Made by a program: the position numbers and the translations under genes
Notes under the pieces: model-generated
The model's input: only the letters and a program-made list of their open reading frames with translations
Told to the model about the DNA's origin: nothing
Database searches by the model: none
Assembly: GCF_009914755.1 (NCBI RefSeq)
Contig: NC_060931.1
DNA length: 64,000 nucleotides
Reading direction: 5' to 3' (one strand)
DNA from: the human T2T-CHM13v2.0 reference genome, Homo sapiens
In this document: one piece after another, positions 1 to 22,513 of the stretch
Position numbering within the stretch: position 1 is the stretch's first letter
How the letters are laid out: every line of letters starts with the position of its first letter

Positions 1-949
<949 letters not shown>

Positions 950-1225
950 TTACCAGAGTACTTACAAGGTCAAAGTATGGAGCAGGAACACTCAAAGGCC
1001 TGGTAAATACCTAAACAAGTGCACCTATAACTAAATAAATATTCCATATTGCTACTGCAAAATGCCATTAGGCAAAGGAACCCAGAAACCCATACAGTAC
1101 ACTAATGTAATATAGTCTAATTTGTGCCCCATAAACTTAAATACACATACTGCTTTAGGGTTAATATTCCCTCCTTTCCTAACAATGTGAAGATGGTGGC
1201 AAAGAGCAATACTTCCATTACTTAC

Positions 1226-1342
1226 AGCTCAGCAACTTCCTGTTCTTCCTCCCAGGCTTCCTTGTGTGTTAGCTGACTGCTTCCAGTACTCTTGCACGTC
1301 CAAATGCGCTCACTGTACCTTTCCAAGCGGGCTTCATACTCT
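1226..1342 (-). CDS. BAZ1B: BAZ1B (WSTF) exon 2, 117 nt, WAC domain: (E)EYEARLERYSERIWTCKSTGSSQLTHKEAWEEEQEVAEL
   Basis: Acceptor ...gccaacag|A GAG TAT and donor GAG CT|gtaagt. In frame with exon 1 (phase 2). Peptide recognised as the BAZ1B N-terminus. The gene continues beyond the left edge. Confidence 0.96.
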
Positions 1343-1479
1343 CTGTTGGCAGTAGTTCAGGAAAACAATATGCAAGCAACAGAGACGACAAACCCATACC
1401 CATAAGATACTTATATACAGAAAAAAATCTAGTCTCCTTTTTAAAATGTGTAGCATGAGAGGATAAAAATGGAATTGGA

Positions 1480-1785
<306 letters not shown>

Positions 1786-2683
1786 AAAATGGAATCAGGG
1801 CCCAAAGCAAGATGACTAAGACTGAAGTATAATGAGAATGGATTGTCATGGGCTGGGCACCTGCATGGGATTTACAGACTGGGATGATCACGTCTCTAAT
1901 CTCAGCATTTTGAGAGGCCACGGCAGGACAATCACTTGAGACCAGGAGTTCGAGACCAGCCTGGGCAACATGATGAGACCTCATCTCTACAAAAAATAAA
2001 AATAAAAAATAATAAAAATGGTTTTTCGTGTTTTACAAAAAAAATTAATATTTTAGTACAAATGTGATTTCCTCAATTCACCAAAGTTTCATTACACAAG
2101 ACTTACGCTGTACCAAAAACTCATAAGAAAAAGTAAAGGTACATTAAAACACAAGTCATAAAAAATAACAATGTAAGGTAAGCAAAATTTTCAGAAAACT
2201 CAGACAAGTTTAAGAGTCAGTCCACCACTGCCAGGCGTGGTGGCTCACGCCTGTAATCCCAGAACTTTGGGAGTCCGAGGCAGGCAGATCACCTGAAGTC
2301 AGATGTTCGAGACCAGCCTGAGCAACATGGAGATACCCCATCTCTACTAAAAATCAAAAAAAAAAAAAAAAATTAGCCGGGCTTGGTGGCACATGCCTGT
2401 AATCCCAGCTACTCAGGAGGCTGAGGCAGGAGAATCACTTGAACCTGGGAGGCCGTTGCAGTGAGCCGAGATGGCACCACTGCACTACAGCCTGGGTGAT
2501 AAGAGCGAAACTCCACCTCAAAAAAAAAAAAAAAAAAAAAAAAAAGGAATCAGTCTACAGTAAAATGAGGTGACTAGGCCACAGTCTCACAGGCAGTTTG
2601 GAATAACCTTGAGCATACATTAATGATCCATTTACCCACAGCCCTCCAGTCCACCTTGGAAACATGTTACTTCTTAGGGTTTA

Positions 2684-2890
2684 CAAGCTTGTCCAACCTT
2701 TGTCCAACCTGCGGCCCAGGACGGCTTTGAACACAGCCCAACACAAGTTCATAAAGTTTCTTAAAACATTATGAGTTTTTTGTGTGATTTTTTTTTTTTT
2801 TAGCTGATCAACTGTTTTTAGTGTTAGTGTATTTTATGTGTGGCCCGAGACAATTCTTCTTCCAATATGGCCAAAAGATTGGCTACCCTG
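2684..2890. mobile_element. MER30-like hAT-Charlie DNA transposon relic
   Basis: Termini CAAGCTTGTCCAACC...AAAAGATTGGCTACCCTG and internal sequence match my recollection of the MER30 consensus. Confidence 0.75.
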
Positions 2891-4454
2891 GTTTAAAAAA
2901 TAAATTTCATAAAATACTTAGAAGTATTCCGGAAAGTACTTTTGATATAATATTTATCCAGTCTCTATGATGTCTCCAATAATACTGAGATTCAGAAGAT
3001 CATTTACTAGCCGTTTAGACAGTCTTCGTGAGGGAGACGAGGGAAAGAAAAACATCAAGTTGGTAGTGTAAATATGGCAACTTTCCACACAAAACCAACT
3101 GGAATTCACCATCAGCCAGCCACTTCCAAATTCAAACGGCAAGTAACTAATTTACTTTTAAGCACAGCAACAGATGCTATGTAAGAAAATCAACTGACAT
3201 AAGTAGAAAGTTAGTGAACAATACCTGTATATTCCAAGTGACACATTTTATAGTGGTTGAAATAAAAGTATTTAAACAGTTTCCTCTACAATACTATCTA
3301 ACAAATAAACAAATATTCTAATTTTTGTTTTTTGGAAACAAGGCTGGCCTGTATCTCCTGAGCTCAAGAGATCCTCCTACCTTAGCCTCCTGAATAGCTG
3401 GGATTACAGACTTACACTGCAGCATCTAGCTCATTTTTATCTATTTATGTATTTATTTTTGACACAGGGTCTCACTCTGTCACCCAGGCTGAAGTGCAGT
3501 GGTGGGATCATGGCTCACTGTAGCCTTGACCTCCTGGGGTCAAGCAATCCTGGGCCTCAGCCTCCTGAGTAGCTAGGACTACAGGTGCACACCACCATGC
3601 CCACCTACATTTTTTATCTTTGCAGAGTCAGGGTCTCACCACATTGCCCAGGTTGGTCTTGAACTCCTGGGCTCAAACAGTCCTCCTGCCTCAATCTCCC
3701 AAAGTTATGGGATTACAGGTGTGAGCCACCACGCCCAGCCGCATGTTTAATAAATATAGATGCTTGGTTTTCCAAGGTTATGATCAGCAAAAACGCAAAC
3801 AAGAACAAACCCACAGGTAATCCAAAATAGTAACTTTATGCAATAGTATAAGCACCTTTGCTCATTGTGGATCTTTCCCCAGATCTGCTAAAACTGAGTA
3901 ATAAATCCATTTTCCTTACAGGGGTGGTGCTAATATCTAAGTGATTAAACAAAATATATAGAATGTTTGAGTAAAAACCTGAGTCAGACTTCCATATACA
4001 GATATGTAAATCCAATCACCGAAAAATTTTCAAACTTATACCCAGAGAAGAGCAACGGAACGGCTTCCAGAGGACATTATCCCAAGACGGATTTGTCTTA
4101 TTTTTGTCTACTGAACTAGGGGAGTGGAAGGGATGGGTAGTAAAATAAGGACAGAGGAGGAATCAGTAAGTGGACTTATTTAAGCTTTCAAAAAGCTTGA
4201 TAACATTCTAACACATTATTTAGCCATATTTAAGAAGCTCCAACAGGCATGGTAGCTTACACATGCAATCCCAGCATTTGGGAGGACAAAGTGGGGGGAT
4301 CTTGAGCCCAGGGGTTCAAAACCAGCCTGAACATAGCGACTTTACAAAAAACTATTAAAAGAAAAAAAAAAACTCACTGTGTCATCAGAGAGAATGTAAG
4401 AGAAATACATTAACAAATATGTCTTAAAGAGAGAACAGTAAGTTTTTATTATTA

Positions 4455-9210
<4,756 letters not shown>

Positions 9211-10412
9211 AACAAAAACATGCTCTAGTCACACTTGTGTAGAGCCAGATTAACAGTATGAATAAGCCCCTCATTATCATACCCTCAATAAATTCTCACA
9301 TAATGATGCTACAAAGGTCGTGAACTAGTTATTTCTAAGCTTTAGAAACTATGACAGTTGAAGTAACACAACAAAAATACTCATCTACAACACGCTGCTT
9401 GTAGCTCCAATTCCTGCCTAAAACCTATCTTGACTTAAATACAGTCAGTGTCACATCAAGAACTGATTCTGATAAAGTTAGTGTTTTCCAAGATCTAGTG
9501 TCCTGCCTGTGGGAATACCTTAGGAAGTAATGTACCATACAAAGCTACAGTACAATCAACATAATCACCAATATTTAACACCTAGTCATTAAATGTGTGC
9601 ATTACTCACAACTTCCACTAAGTTTAATGAAGATTCACAATATACTCCAAGAACATACCAACATACAGCTTTAAGTCAGTAAAATATCACACAAAGTTCT
9701 GTGATACATGCAATCAAAAGGTAGGTATTAAAAGAAAATTAAAATATCAAGTCCCATTAAAAACATAATTGTAAATATAAGTTGAGAACTGGGAATACTA
9801 CTTCAAAGGCAGCTGTTACCTAACCACATATTTGTTCTCCTCTATGAAACCACTAATAGCCTAATAAAGAAATATGCCAATCTGCCAACCATACAGTACA
9901 ATTGTTTAAAAACCATCCTCAAAGTGCTTCCACTTGCAGAAATTCCCGAAAGAGCAATTTCCCCCCAATATATAATATGTTTTAAGACTTCTTTTGTTAA
10001 AACAGTTTTAAATGCTGTTATGGGAAATTAAAAAATGAAGAATGTTTATTAAATACATACCACTTAAAATGTTTCCGGTTTCAGTTTTAAATTGTTACCA
10101 TCAAAACTCTTCATATATATATTTCAATTTCATTCATTCAATAATATGAAAAAGCCTGCGTTGCCAGTCCTAAATTAACTTCCTACAGCCATTTTTTACA
10201 TAGCTCAGTACCTGAAATATACTTAGAAATTGTCTCTTCTCTATGGCATGTTTCTTATACTCTGCTAGAACCAGACCTGAGAAAGTATCATCTGAAAGTG
10301 TGTGAGCATCCATCAACGGCTCAAAACATTAATGACATTGGAAAAGTATATGTCGGATTCTCACAAGTTGCTACTCCACTGCCGATTCGAATGTATTAAA
10401 AAGTAGGGTACT

Positions 10413-10718
10413 GGCCAGGCGCGGTGGCTCACGCCTGTTAATCCCAGTACTTTGGGAGGCCGAGATGGGCGGATCACCTGAGGTCAGGAGTTTGAGACCA
10501 GCCTGGCCAACATGGTAAAACCCCATCTCTACTAAAAACACAAAAAGTTAGCCGGGCGTGGTGGCACGCGCCTGTAATCCTAGCTACTCAGGAGGCTGAG
10601 GCAGGAGAATCACTTGAACCCTGGAGGCGGAGATGGCAGTGAGCCCAGATCGTGCCACTGCACTGCCGCCTGGGTTAACAAGAGGGAAACTCCGTCTCAA
10701 AAAAAAAAAAAAAAAAAA
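10413..10718 (+). mobile_element. AluS-type element with target-site duplication
   Basis: Flanked by aaaagtagggtact / aaaagtggggtact. Confidence 0.88.
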
Positions 10719-12314
10719 GTGGGGTACTTCGGTATAATGCAGTATTTGGTAGAGCTAGTGGAACTTCTCCAGAACATTCCAAGTCTTCACAGGACAAGAA
10801 AAAAACCAGATCACCACCCCTCCACTTTAAAGTGCCTTACCTTATACCATAATGACAAAAAAGTGAGGTAATATTTAAATTAATTGAAAGTGAAGGAGTA
10901 ACATTCCACCTTCTTCTGTTGATTGACTTACAGGGATGAGGTAGGAAGAGCGGTGGATTCTACTCCTCTTTCATCATTTGACCTTCAACAAGTCAACCTC
11001 CACTCTCTGGGCCAACTCAGCAAACCAAGCCCGAGGACCCGACCACCTCCAAGATCCACTTCAGCTCCAAGATGCTACAGCTCTATTTCTCCAAGAGCCT
11101 TCCTCCAGCATGGACTGATTTTCCAGGCCCCTTTGTGTGTATACTCCCCACAAAGGGACACTCACAAATTGCACTCCAACAAGAATGAGATTATCCTCTA
11201 AAGTACTGCGTTAAAGTGAGGATCAGGGAGAAATGAAATAACTCTGAGAGACACTTCCTCCTATACAGAAGCAAGCAAGAAACTGAGAAATGAAGTCCTT
11301 CCGAACAGAAGGGGCTGAGAAAACTCATAACACATTAGCCTTCACTCTTAAAGCTTTCAGTCACCAAAGAAATGCTTGATTCCGAAATCGTTTTTGTTTT
11401 TTTTACAGATAAGCCTCAAAAACGATTCTTCTGGCACCCATTAAAAAAAAGCAAATAAAAGCTGCACAACTTTTCACTAAAAGATAATGCTTATGCAAGA
11501 AATCTTAGTCATGACGAGAGGATGCTTCCTTTGTAAAACATCCAATTTCATGTTCCTAAAATACAACATAAAAACTTCACGTCTTGGTTTTTTTGTTTGT
11601 TTAATTTTAACAAATACCAATCTCCTTCTAAACCTTCAAAATTTCAAACCTGTGTCTGCCCAGGGAAGGCAGGCATCAGCTCCTCCACAGGCAGTTTCCT
11701 TCCCTCCCTTTCCTCTAAGCGGGGAATCTCATTCCTAGTTTTCTGCCCCAGGGTCCTGTCAGTTCATCCCCGGCCTAAAGTCCCCTCGGGAGACGAAAAA
11801 AACGCCAAGTATCCCCGCAGAGATCGGGGTAAGACGCAGTTGAGTCTTGCACACGCCGCATCACGAGGCCGCGCGAGTACAATTTCAAAACTTAAGCTGC
11901 AGGTTTCATTTAAATTTTTAAAAAATTTTTGTAAAAATTAAAGGAGAAAACCTAGCTCCCCCTCCCCACGCCTCCTCCTCCCTCTCGGGTCCTCAAGGCC
12001 TAAAGCCAACCCGGGGAAGGTAATGGGGATGGGGGATGCGCTCCTCGCCGGCGAGGCCCCGGGACAAAGTGCGGGGCCCCGGGGGCGGCCGAAGCGGGCC
12101 CTTCTCCTTCCAGGGCCGGTGCGCGCCCCCCGCCGGATCCCCTGGAAGGATCGGCGGGCGCAGGCTGAGACTCAGCCTCCAGGCCCGCGAGCGGCCGGGG
12201 CGCGCTGACAGCTGCCCCGGGCCGGGGATGCGCGGCTGACCTGGTCTCGCGAGCCCCAGGCCCTACCCCGGCCCAGCCCGGCCCAGCCCGGCCCGCGCGG
12301 CTGGAAAAGGATAC

Positions 12315-12421
12315 TCCCGGGTGCGGAAGGCCTCCTGAGTGTGCGGGATGGTGAAGAGCGGCTCCTCTCCGGGCAACGGCTTCACCAGCGGGAAGGGCTT
12401 GCGGCCCAGGAGCGGCGCCAT
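12315..12421 (-). CDS. BAZ1B: BAZ1B exon 1 coding part, 107 nt: MAPLLGRKPFPLVKPLPGEEPLFTIPHTQEAFRTR(E)
   Basis: ATG in strong Kozak context (gccgccgcgATGG) inside a CpG island. Joins exon 2 in frame. Confidence 0.96.
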
Positions 12422-12566
12422 CGCGGCGGCGGCGGTGGGGACTGGCGGCTGCTGGGGCCGGCCCCGCGGCGCAGCACTAGGCCCCGCGGCCCGGAGCGAG
12501 CGCCAGGCGCCCGGGGGTGGGGTGGGGGAAGGGAGGGGTGAGAGGGCGGCGCGAACTCCGGCTCCC

Positions 12567-12596
12567 TCACCGCCGGCGCGGCCGCGCGACAGTCAT
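12567..12596 (-). other. uORF in BAZ1B 5' UTR (MTVARPRRR*)
   Basis: ATG ACT GTC GCG CGG CCG CGC CGG CGG TGA. The only upstream ATG I find between 12422 and 12780. Weak Kozak context (tccATGA). Confidence 0.6.
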
Positions 12597-13466
12597 GGAG
12601 CGGAACGCCACGGCGCAGAGCTCCCGCGCACACCGCCGCGCCTCCCAGCAGCCCCCCGCCGACCTCCGCTTCGGGTCCCGGCGGCCGGCAGTCACGACTC
12701 CTCCTCAGCAGCACCGGAGGAAATTATTGAAAAATGGCGGGAGATTCCCCTCCTCCCCCGGGCCCGGCCAACGCACACACTAACTTGCTCCCCCGTGGCG
12801 CCGGTGGCGAATGCTCCAATAGGCGGAGAGCTGGTCAGCGCTCACAGCCTATTGGCTCGGAGGAGCTGCCGCTCCGCGCCTGGGTCCCGCCCCCCTGCCC
12901 CTGTCGCGTAGTTGGGTTGCAGCGCACTAGAGGGCAGTCTGAAGAGGTGAAAGGTCACGTTATGTAAGCGCCCGTGATAGGCGTGCGGGCCTCCGACGGC
13001 AGAGTTAAAAGTGGGGGACAGCGGGGGATGGAGAGGACGAGAACTCAAAGAGGTCAAGCCGGAGAAGCCCCTCGCATATACAGATACTGCGCCATCTGTC
13101 ACCGACGGCGACACCGACATCCGGGCACCACTGTCCGTGTGGTGCGCCGGAGGGGGAGGGTGAGCGCGCGGCCAGGGGCTTTGTCTTTCCTCTTGGGCGC
13201 CTCCCCCTTCTTAAAGGCGCCGTGCTCGGCCACGCCCGGGGATGCGCGGGTGGGGCTGGGCTGCAGGGAGGGGTTGGCGGGAAGTGGCCCCGGGAGCTTA
13301 CCCTACCAAAGGTTCTGCGGAAGGACAACGTGGGGGCCAGCTTTGCTCACCCCAGAGTTAACTTCTGGGCGGGAGTGTGGTTGAGATCTGGGTAGAAGTA
13401 TACTGCTTGTTTCTAGGGGCTGGCTGGAAAGTAGAATATAGAAGCTTCTTTGGAGAAATAGATTAA

Positions 13467-14061
<595 letters not shown>

Positions 14062-15668
14062 TGACTCTGGCTTTTTTTTTTTTTCTCCCATGATACTCAG
14101 CACCTGGCTCGGAACATTGTAGGTGCTAGTGAATACTATTTGAATGAATTGGATCTACCTTTTATTTTTTATTTTTTTTGTAGAGACAGGGTCTTACTTT
14201 GTTGCCCAGACTGGTCTCGAACTCTTGGCCTCAAGCAATTGTCCCGCCTCTGCCTCCCAAAGTGCTGAGATTAGGCGTGACCCACTGTGCCCAGCCAGGA
14301 TGTCTCTTTAATAGGTACGTCTGGGCCGGGCGCAGTGGCTCACCCCTGTAATCCCAGCACTTTGGGAGGCCGAGGCGGGCGGATCACGGGGTCAGGAGAT
14401 GGAGACCATCCTGGCTAACACGGTGAAACCCCGTCTCTACTAAAAATACAAAAAATTAGCCAGGCGTGGTGGCGGGTGCCTGTAGTCCCAGCTACTGGGA
14501 AGCTGAGGCAGAATGGCGTGAACCCGGGAGGTGGAGCTTGGAGTGAGCGGAGATCGTGCCACTGCACTCCAGCCTGGGCGACAGAGCGAGACTCCGTCTC
14601 AGGGAGGCGGGGGGGGGGGGAAATAGGTACGTTTGGTCGGGCACGATGGCTCACGCCTGTAATCCCAGCATTTTGGGAGGCTGAGGCGGGCGCCTCACCT
14701 GAGCTCGGGAGTTCGAAACCAGCCTGAGCACCATGGAGAAACCCTGTCTCTACTAAAAATACAAAATTAGCCGGGCGTGGTGGCGCATGCCTGTAATCCC
14801 AGCTATTCGAGAGGCTGAGGCAGGAGAATCGCTTGAATCCGAGAGGGGGTGGTTGCGGTGAGCCGAGTTTGTGCCATTGCGCTCCAGCCTGGGCAACAAG
14901 AGCAAAACTCCGTCTCAAAAATTATAATAATAATCACAGTTCTATACAAAGTGCAGAATAAGAAAATAGCATCAACTATTTTAATGCTATTAAATGGGGA
15001 GCATTTCAGTTGCTTCTCCAAGCAGACAACACCCACATCCAGAATTTGTTTGGCTTTCCAGTACAATCAAAAACACACTCATTAAGTTATCTCCCTATTA
15101 AACTGTCTCCCTTAGTTTAAAGAACTTCACTTTAAAGTTTCCCAGCCTGTACCTTCCCAGCTGTACCTTCCCAGCCTGTCCTTCAACGGGGCTAGACTGC
15201 GAGGTGTCTCTAAATGCAGTCTCCTAATGTCAGACCTCTATCTCCTTTTCTTCTCACCTCAAGGATCTCCTATCCCCACTAGGAGGTCTAGGTCAAAAGC
15301 TACCTCTGTGAAGTTTCCTCTGATCACCTAGCAGAAAAGATCTCGGTTCCTTTTCCTTGAGGCAGTAGACTTTTCTCCCAAGAACAGCAGGAGAAGCCTT
15401 CCCAGAGCACATAGCGTTTGAGTTAATTGAGAAAAGAAAAGAGTTCTCTAGACAGAGAAGGAGGGACGAACATTATAGACAGAACAGCAGAGTGAAGCCT
15501 GGAAGTTCAAGATCGTGTGCCCAAAATGTGAGGATTTGAGGCAGAATATATCAGATGAGAATGGTAAAGGAAGTGACCATCCTGATATATTCTGTAATGG
15601 CTGAATCGGAGTGACTACTTAGAAGGGAATTACAGGGCTAGGCATGGTGGCTCACACCTGTAATCTCA

Positions 15669-15962
<294 letters not shown>

Positions 15963-16244
15963 TCACTTTGCACATGTGAACTGGGCACCATAATCATTTC
16001 AGCGCTTGGGTCCGCTGTGGGCTAGAATCCATTGCTGGGATTGGTGAAGATGGGATCTGAGATGGGAAAATCGGTAATGGGCTTGGTTTCAGCCACGTGA
16101 ACTCCAGGTACCCTGAAGAGCCATCCAGAACACAGCCGGAAATTCTGAGGGAGGAAGTGGGAGCTGGAGGTGGGGCTTGGTGGTCACAGTACAGAAACTT
16201 GAGCTTCAGGAACCATATAGAGCTTATGAAGAGACCCCAAATAA

Positions 16245-16688
<444 letters not shown>

Positions 16689-16736
16689 TGATTATGTTTT
16701 TATAATGACTACATTATTAGTTTGTTTTTGAGATAG

Positions 16737-16949
<213 letters not shown>

Positions 16950-17130
16950 TGATCCACCCACCTAAGCCTCCCAAACTGCCAGGATTACAAGCGTGAGCCA
17001 CCACTCCTGGCTCTTTTTCTTTCTTTCTTTTTTAAAATACATTTTAAAAACTATTTTAGGCCGGGCAGGGGTGGATCATGCCTGTAATCCCAGCACTTTG
17101 GGAGGCCGAGGCGGGCAAATCACGAGGTCA

Positions 17131-17394
<264 letters not shown>

Positions 17395-17941
17395 TCACTA
17401 TATATTGCCTGGGCTATTCTCAAACTCCTGCCTCCTGGGCTCAAATGATCCTCTCACTCTGGCCTCCCAAAGTGCTGTAATTACAGTCATGAGCCACCGC
17501 ACCTGGCCCTGGTTTTATTTCTCTTAATGGCTTCGCCTTCCTGTTTAGCCCACAGGCTCAGCCTCTGACCTCTCTCTTGAGCTCCACAGCCTCAGGGGCA
17601 ACTAGATAACATCCATTCTAGCAGCCTAAAATCTTGAACTGTTTCCCCTTCCTGTCTTTCCACAGCACCTGCTTCAGGCCTTTATTATTTCTGCCCAAAA
17701 TTGCTATGATACTGACTTGTTGCTTAAAAAAATGTTTTCAGTTGCATTCAAATTATGTATTATCATGGTAAAATGAAAACAGTTCCAAAAAGAAACATAT
17801 ATCAGTGTGCAGATGGATGGATTTTTAAAAAACATAAAAACATAGTTCCAAAGAAAATCAAATACTCCTACAAAAAGCAGCCCAGCCACACTCCTCTAAC
17901 CACTTCCTGCTCCCCTTGGGCATCCATTTCCAACTCCTTAA

Positions 17942-18562
<621 letters not shown>

Positions 18563-19179
18563 TGAGCTCAAACAATCCACCCACCTCGGCCTTCCAAAGT
18601 GCTGGGATTACAGGCGTGAGCCACCGCGCCTGGCCTAGTTTTTCAGTTATAAATATTAGCTATTGACTTTCTTCAGTGGAAGATGAGAACTTAGCCCCAC
18701 AAACACCACGCACATATGCAAACATATTCCCAAAAGAATTATATTGCAATTGGCTAAATCAGCATGCAGCGTATAACTTATGATTATGCATTATTCAGAT
18801 GATTCATGTGGTAAACTCATTACATTTCCTTTCTTTTGTTGTCTCTGGATGACTTCAGTCTGTTTTTACTTCGTTTTCTCTGGACCTATCTCTGCTCTGT
18901 CCCCAGACTGACAGAACTGTAACTCTTCTCTCAATATATGCAAACACATCCGGCAGGCACTGTCCTTCCCATCTGTCTCCCTGCCTCCCCTCTCTTTCCT
19001 CTCCATGGTATCCAGCACACCGTGGCACTCTAATGTTTACAGCTTCCAATGGATGGCTCCTTAAAGCAAACAGAATTAAACCAAACTGTGGCCTAACCTT
19101 CAAGGCCCTCCACAATCCATCCACCATCTTGGTACTTCTGCCCTCAAACTCCTTATGCTATCAAAACCTAGGTTTATCT

Positions 19180-19213
<34 letters not shown>

Positions 19214-19521
19214 GACGGAGTCTCACTGTATTACCCAGGCTGGAGTGCGGTGGCGCAATATTGCCTCACTGCAACCTTGCAACCTCTGCCGCCCAGGTTC
19301 AACCGATTCTCCTGCCTCAGCCTCCCAAGTAGCTGGGATTACAGGTGCCTGCCACCACACCAAGCTACTTTTGTTTTTTAGTAGAGACGGGGTTTCACCA
19401 TCTTGGCCAGGCTGGTCTTGAACTCCTGACCTCGTGATCCACCCACCTCAGCCTCCCAAAGTGCTGGGATTACAGGTGTGAGCCACTGCACCCAGCTGGT
19501 TTTTTTCTTTCTTTTTTTTGA

Positions 19522-19680
<159 letters not shown>

Positions 19681-19741
19681 TAGTAGACATGGGGTTCCTC
19701 CATGTTGGTTAGGCTGGTCTCGAACTCCCAACCTCAGGTGA

Positions 19742-20142
<401 letters not shown>

Positions 20143-20457
20143 TAAAATACTACGCCAGCCAGGTATGGTGGCTGTTGCATGTAATCCCAGCACCTTGGGA
20201 GGCTGAAGCAGGAGGATTGCATGAGCCCAGAAGTTTGATACCAGCCTGGGCAATATAGTAACATCCTGTCTCTACAAATAATTTTTAAAATTTACCCAGG
20301 CATGGTGCCATGTACCTGTAGCCCCAGCTACTCAGGAGGCTGAGGTGGGAAGATCACTTGAGCCTGGGAGGTCAAGGCTGCAGTGAGCTGTGATTGCCCC
20401 CCTGCCCTCTAGCCTGGATGACAGAGTGGGACCCTGTCTCAAAATATAAAAAAATTA

Positions 20458-20842
<385 letters not shown>

Positions 20843-20878
20843 TCATGATGCAGAAATGTCAAAGGGCACAGGCGCTAA

Positions 20879-21253
<375 letters not shown>

Positions 21254-21315
21254 TAGTTGTGTTAGGGAACGTCTTTGTTCTTGGGAGATAGAAGCTCAAG
21301 TATTTAGGGGTAAAA

Positions 21316-22013
<698 letters not shown>

Positions 22014-22046
22014 TCATAATGTTGCAACCTATTTTCAAGTAATTCA

Positions 22047-22513
<467 letters not shown>

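Larger units (their letters stand above)
11780..13400. promoter_or_regulatory. BAZ1B: BAZ1B CpG-island promoter, 5' UTR and start of intron 1
   Basis: Very high GC and CpG. YY1 motif AAAATGGCGG at 12731-12740. Opposed CCAAT boxes at 12816-12820 and 12851-12855. GC box near 12886-12893. CTCF-like CACTAGAGGGCAG at 12925-12937. TSS inferred at about 12750-12800. Confidence 0.88.

Noticed and set aside
12339-12911. 190-aa + strand ORF antisense to BAZ1B exon 1, and 136-aa ORF at 12974-13384
   Set aside because: Low-complexity Arg/Pro/Ala/Gly ORFs expected from stop-codon scarcity in a CpG island. No recognisable domain.
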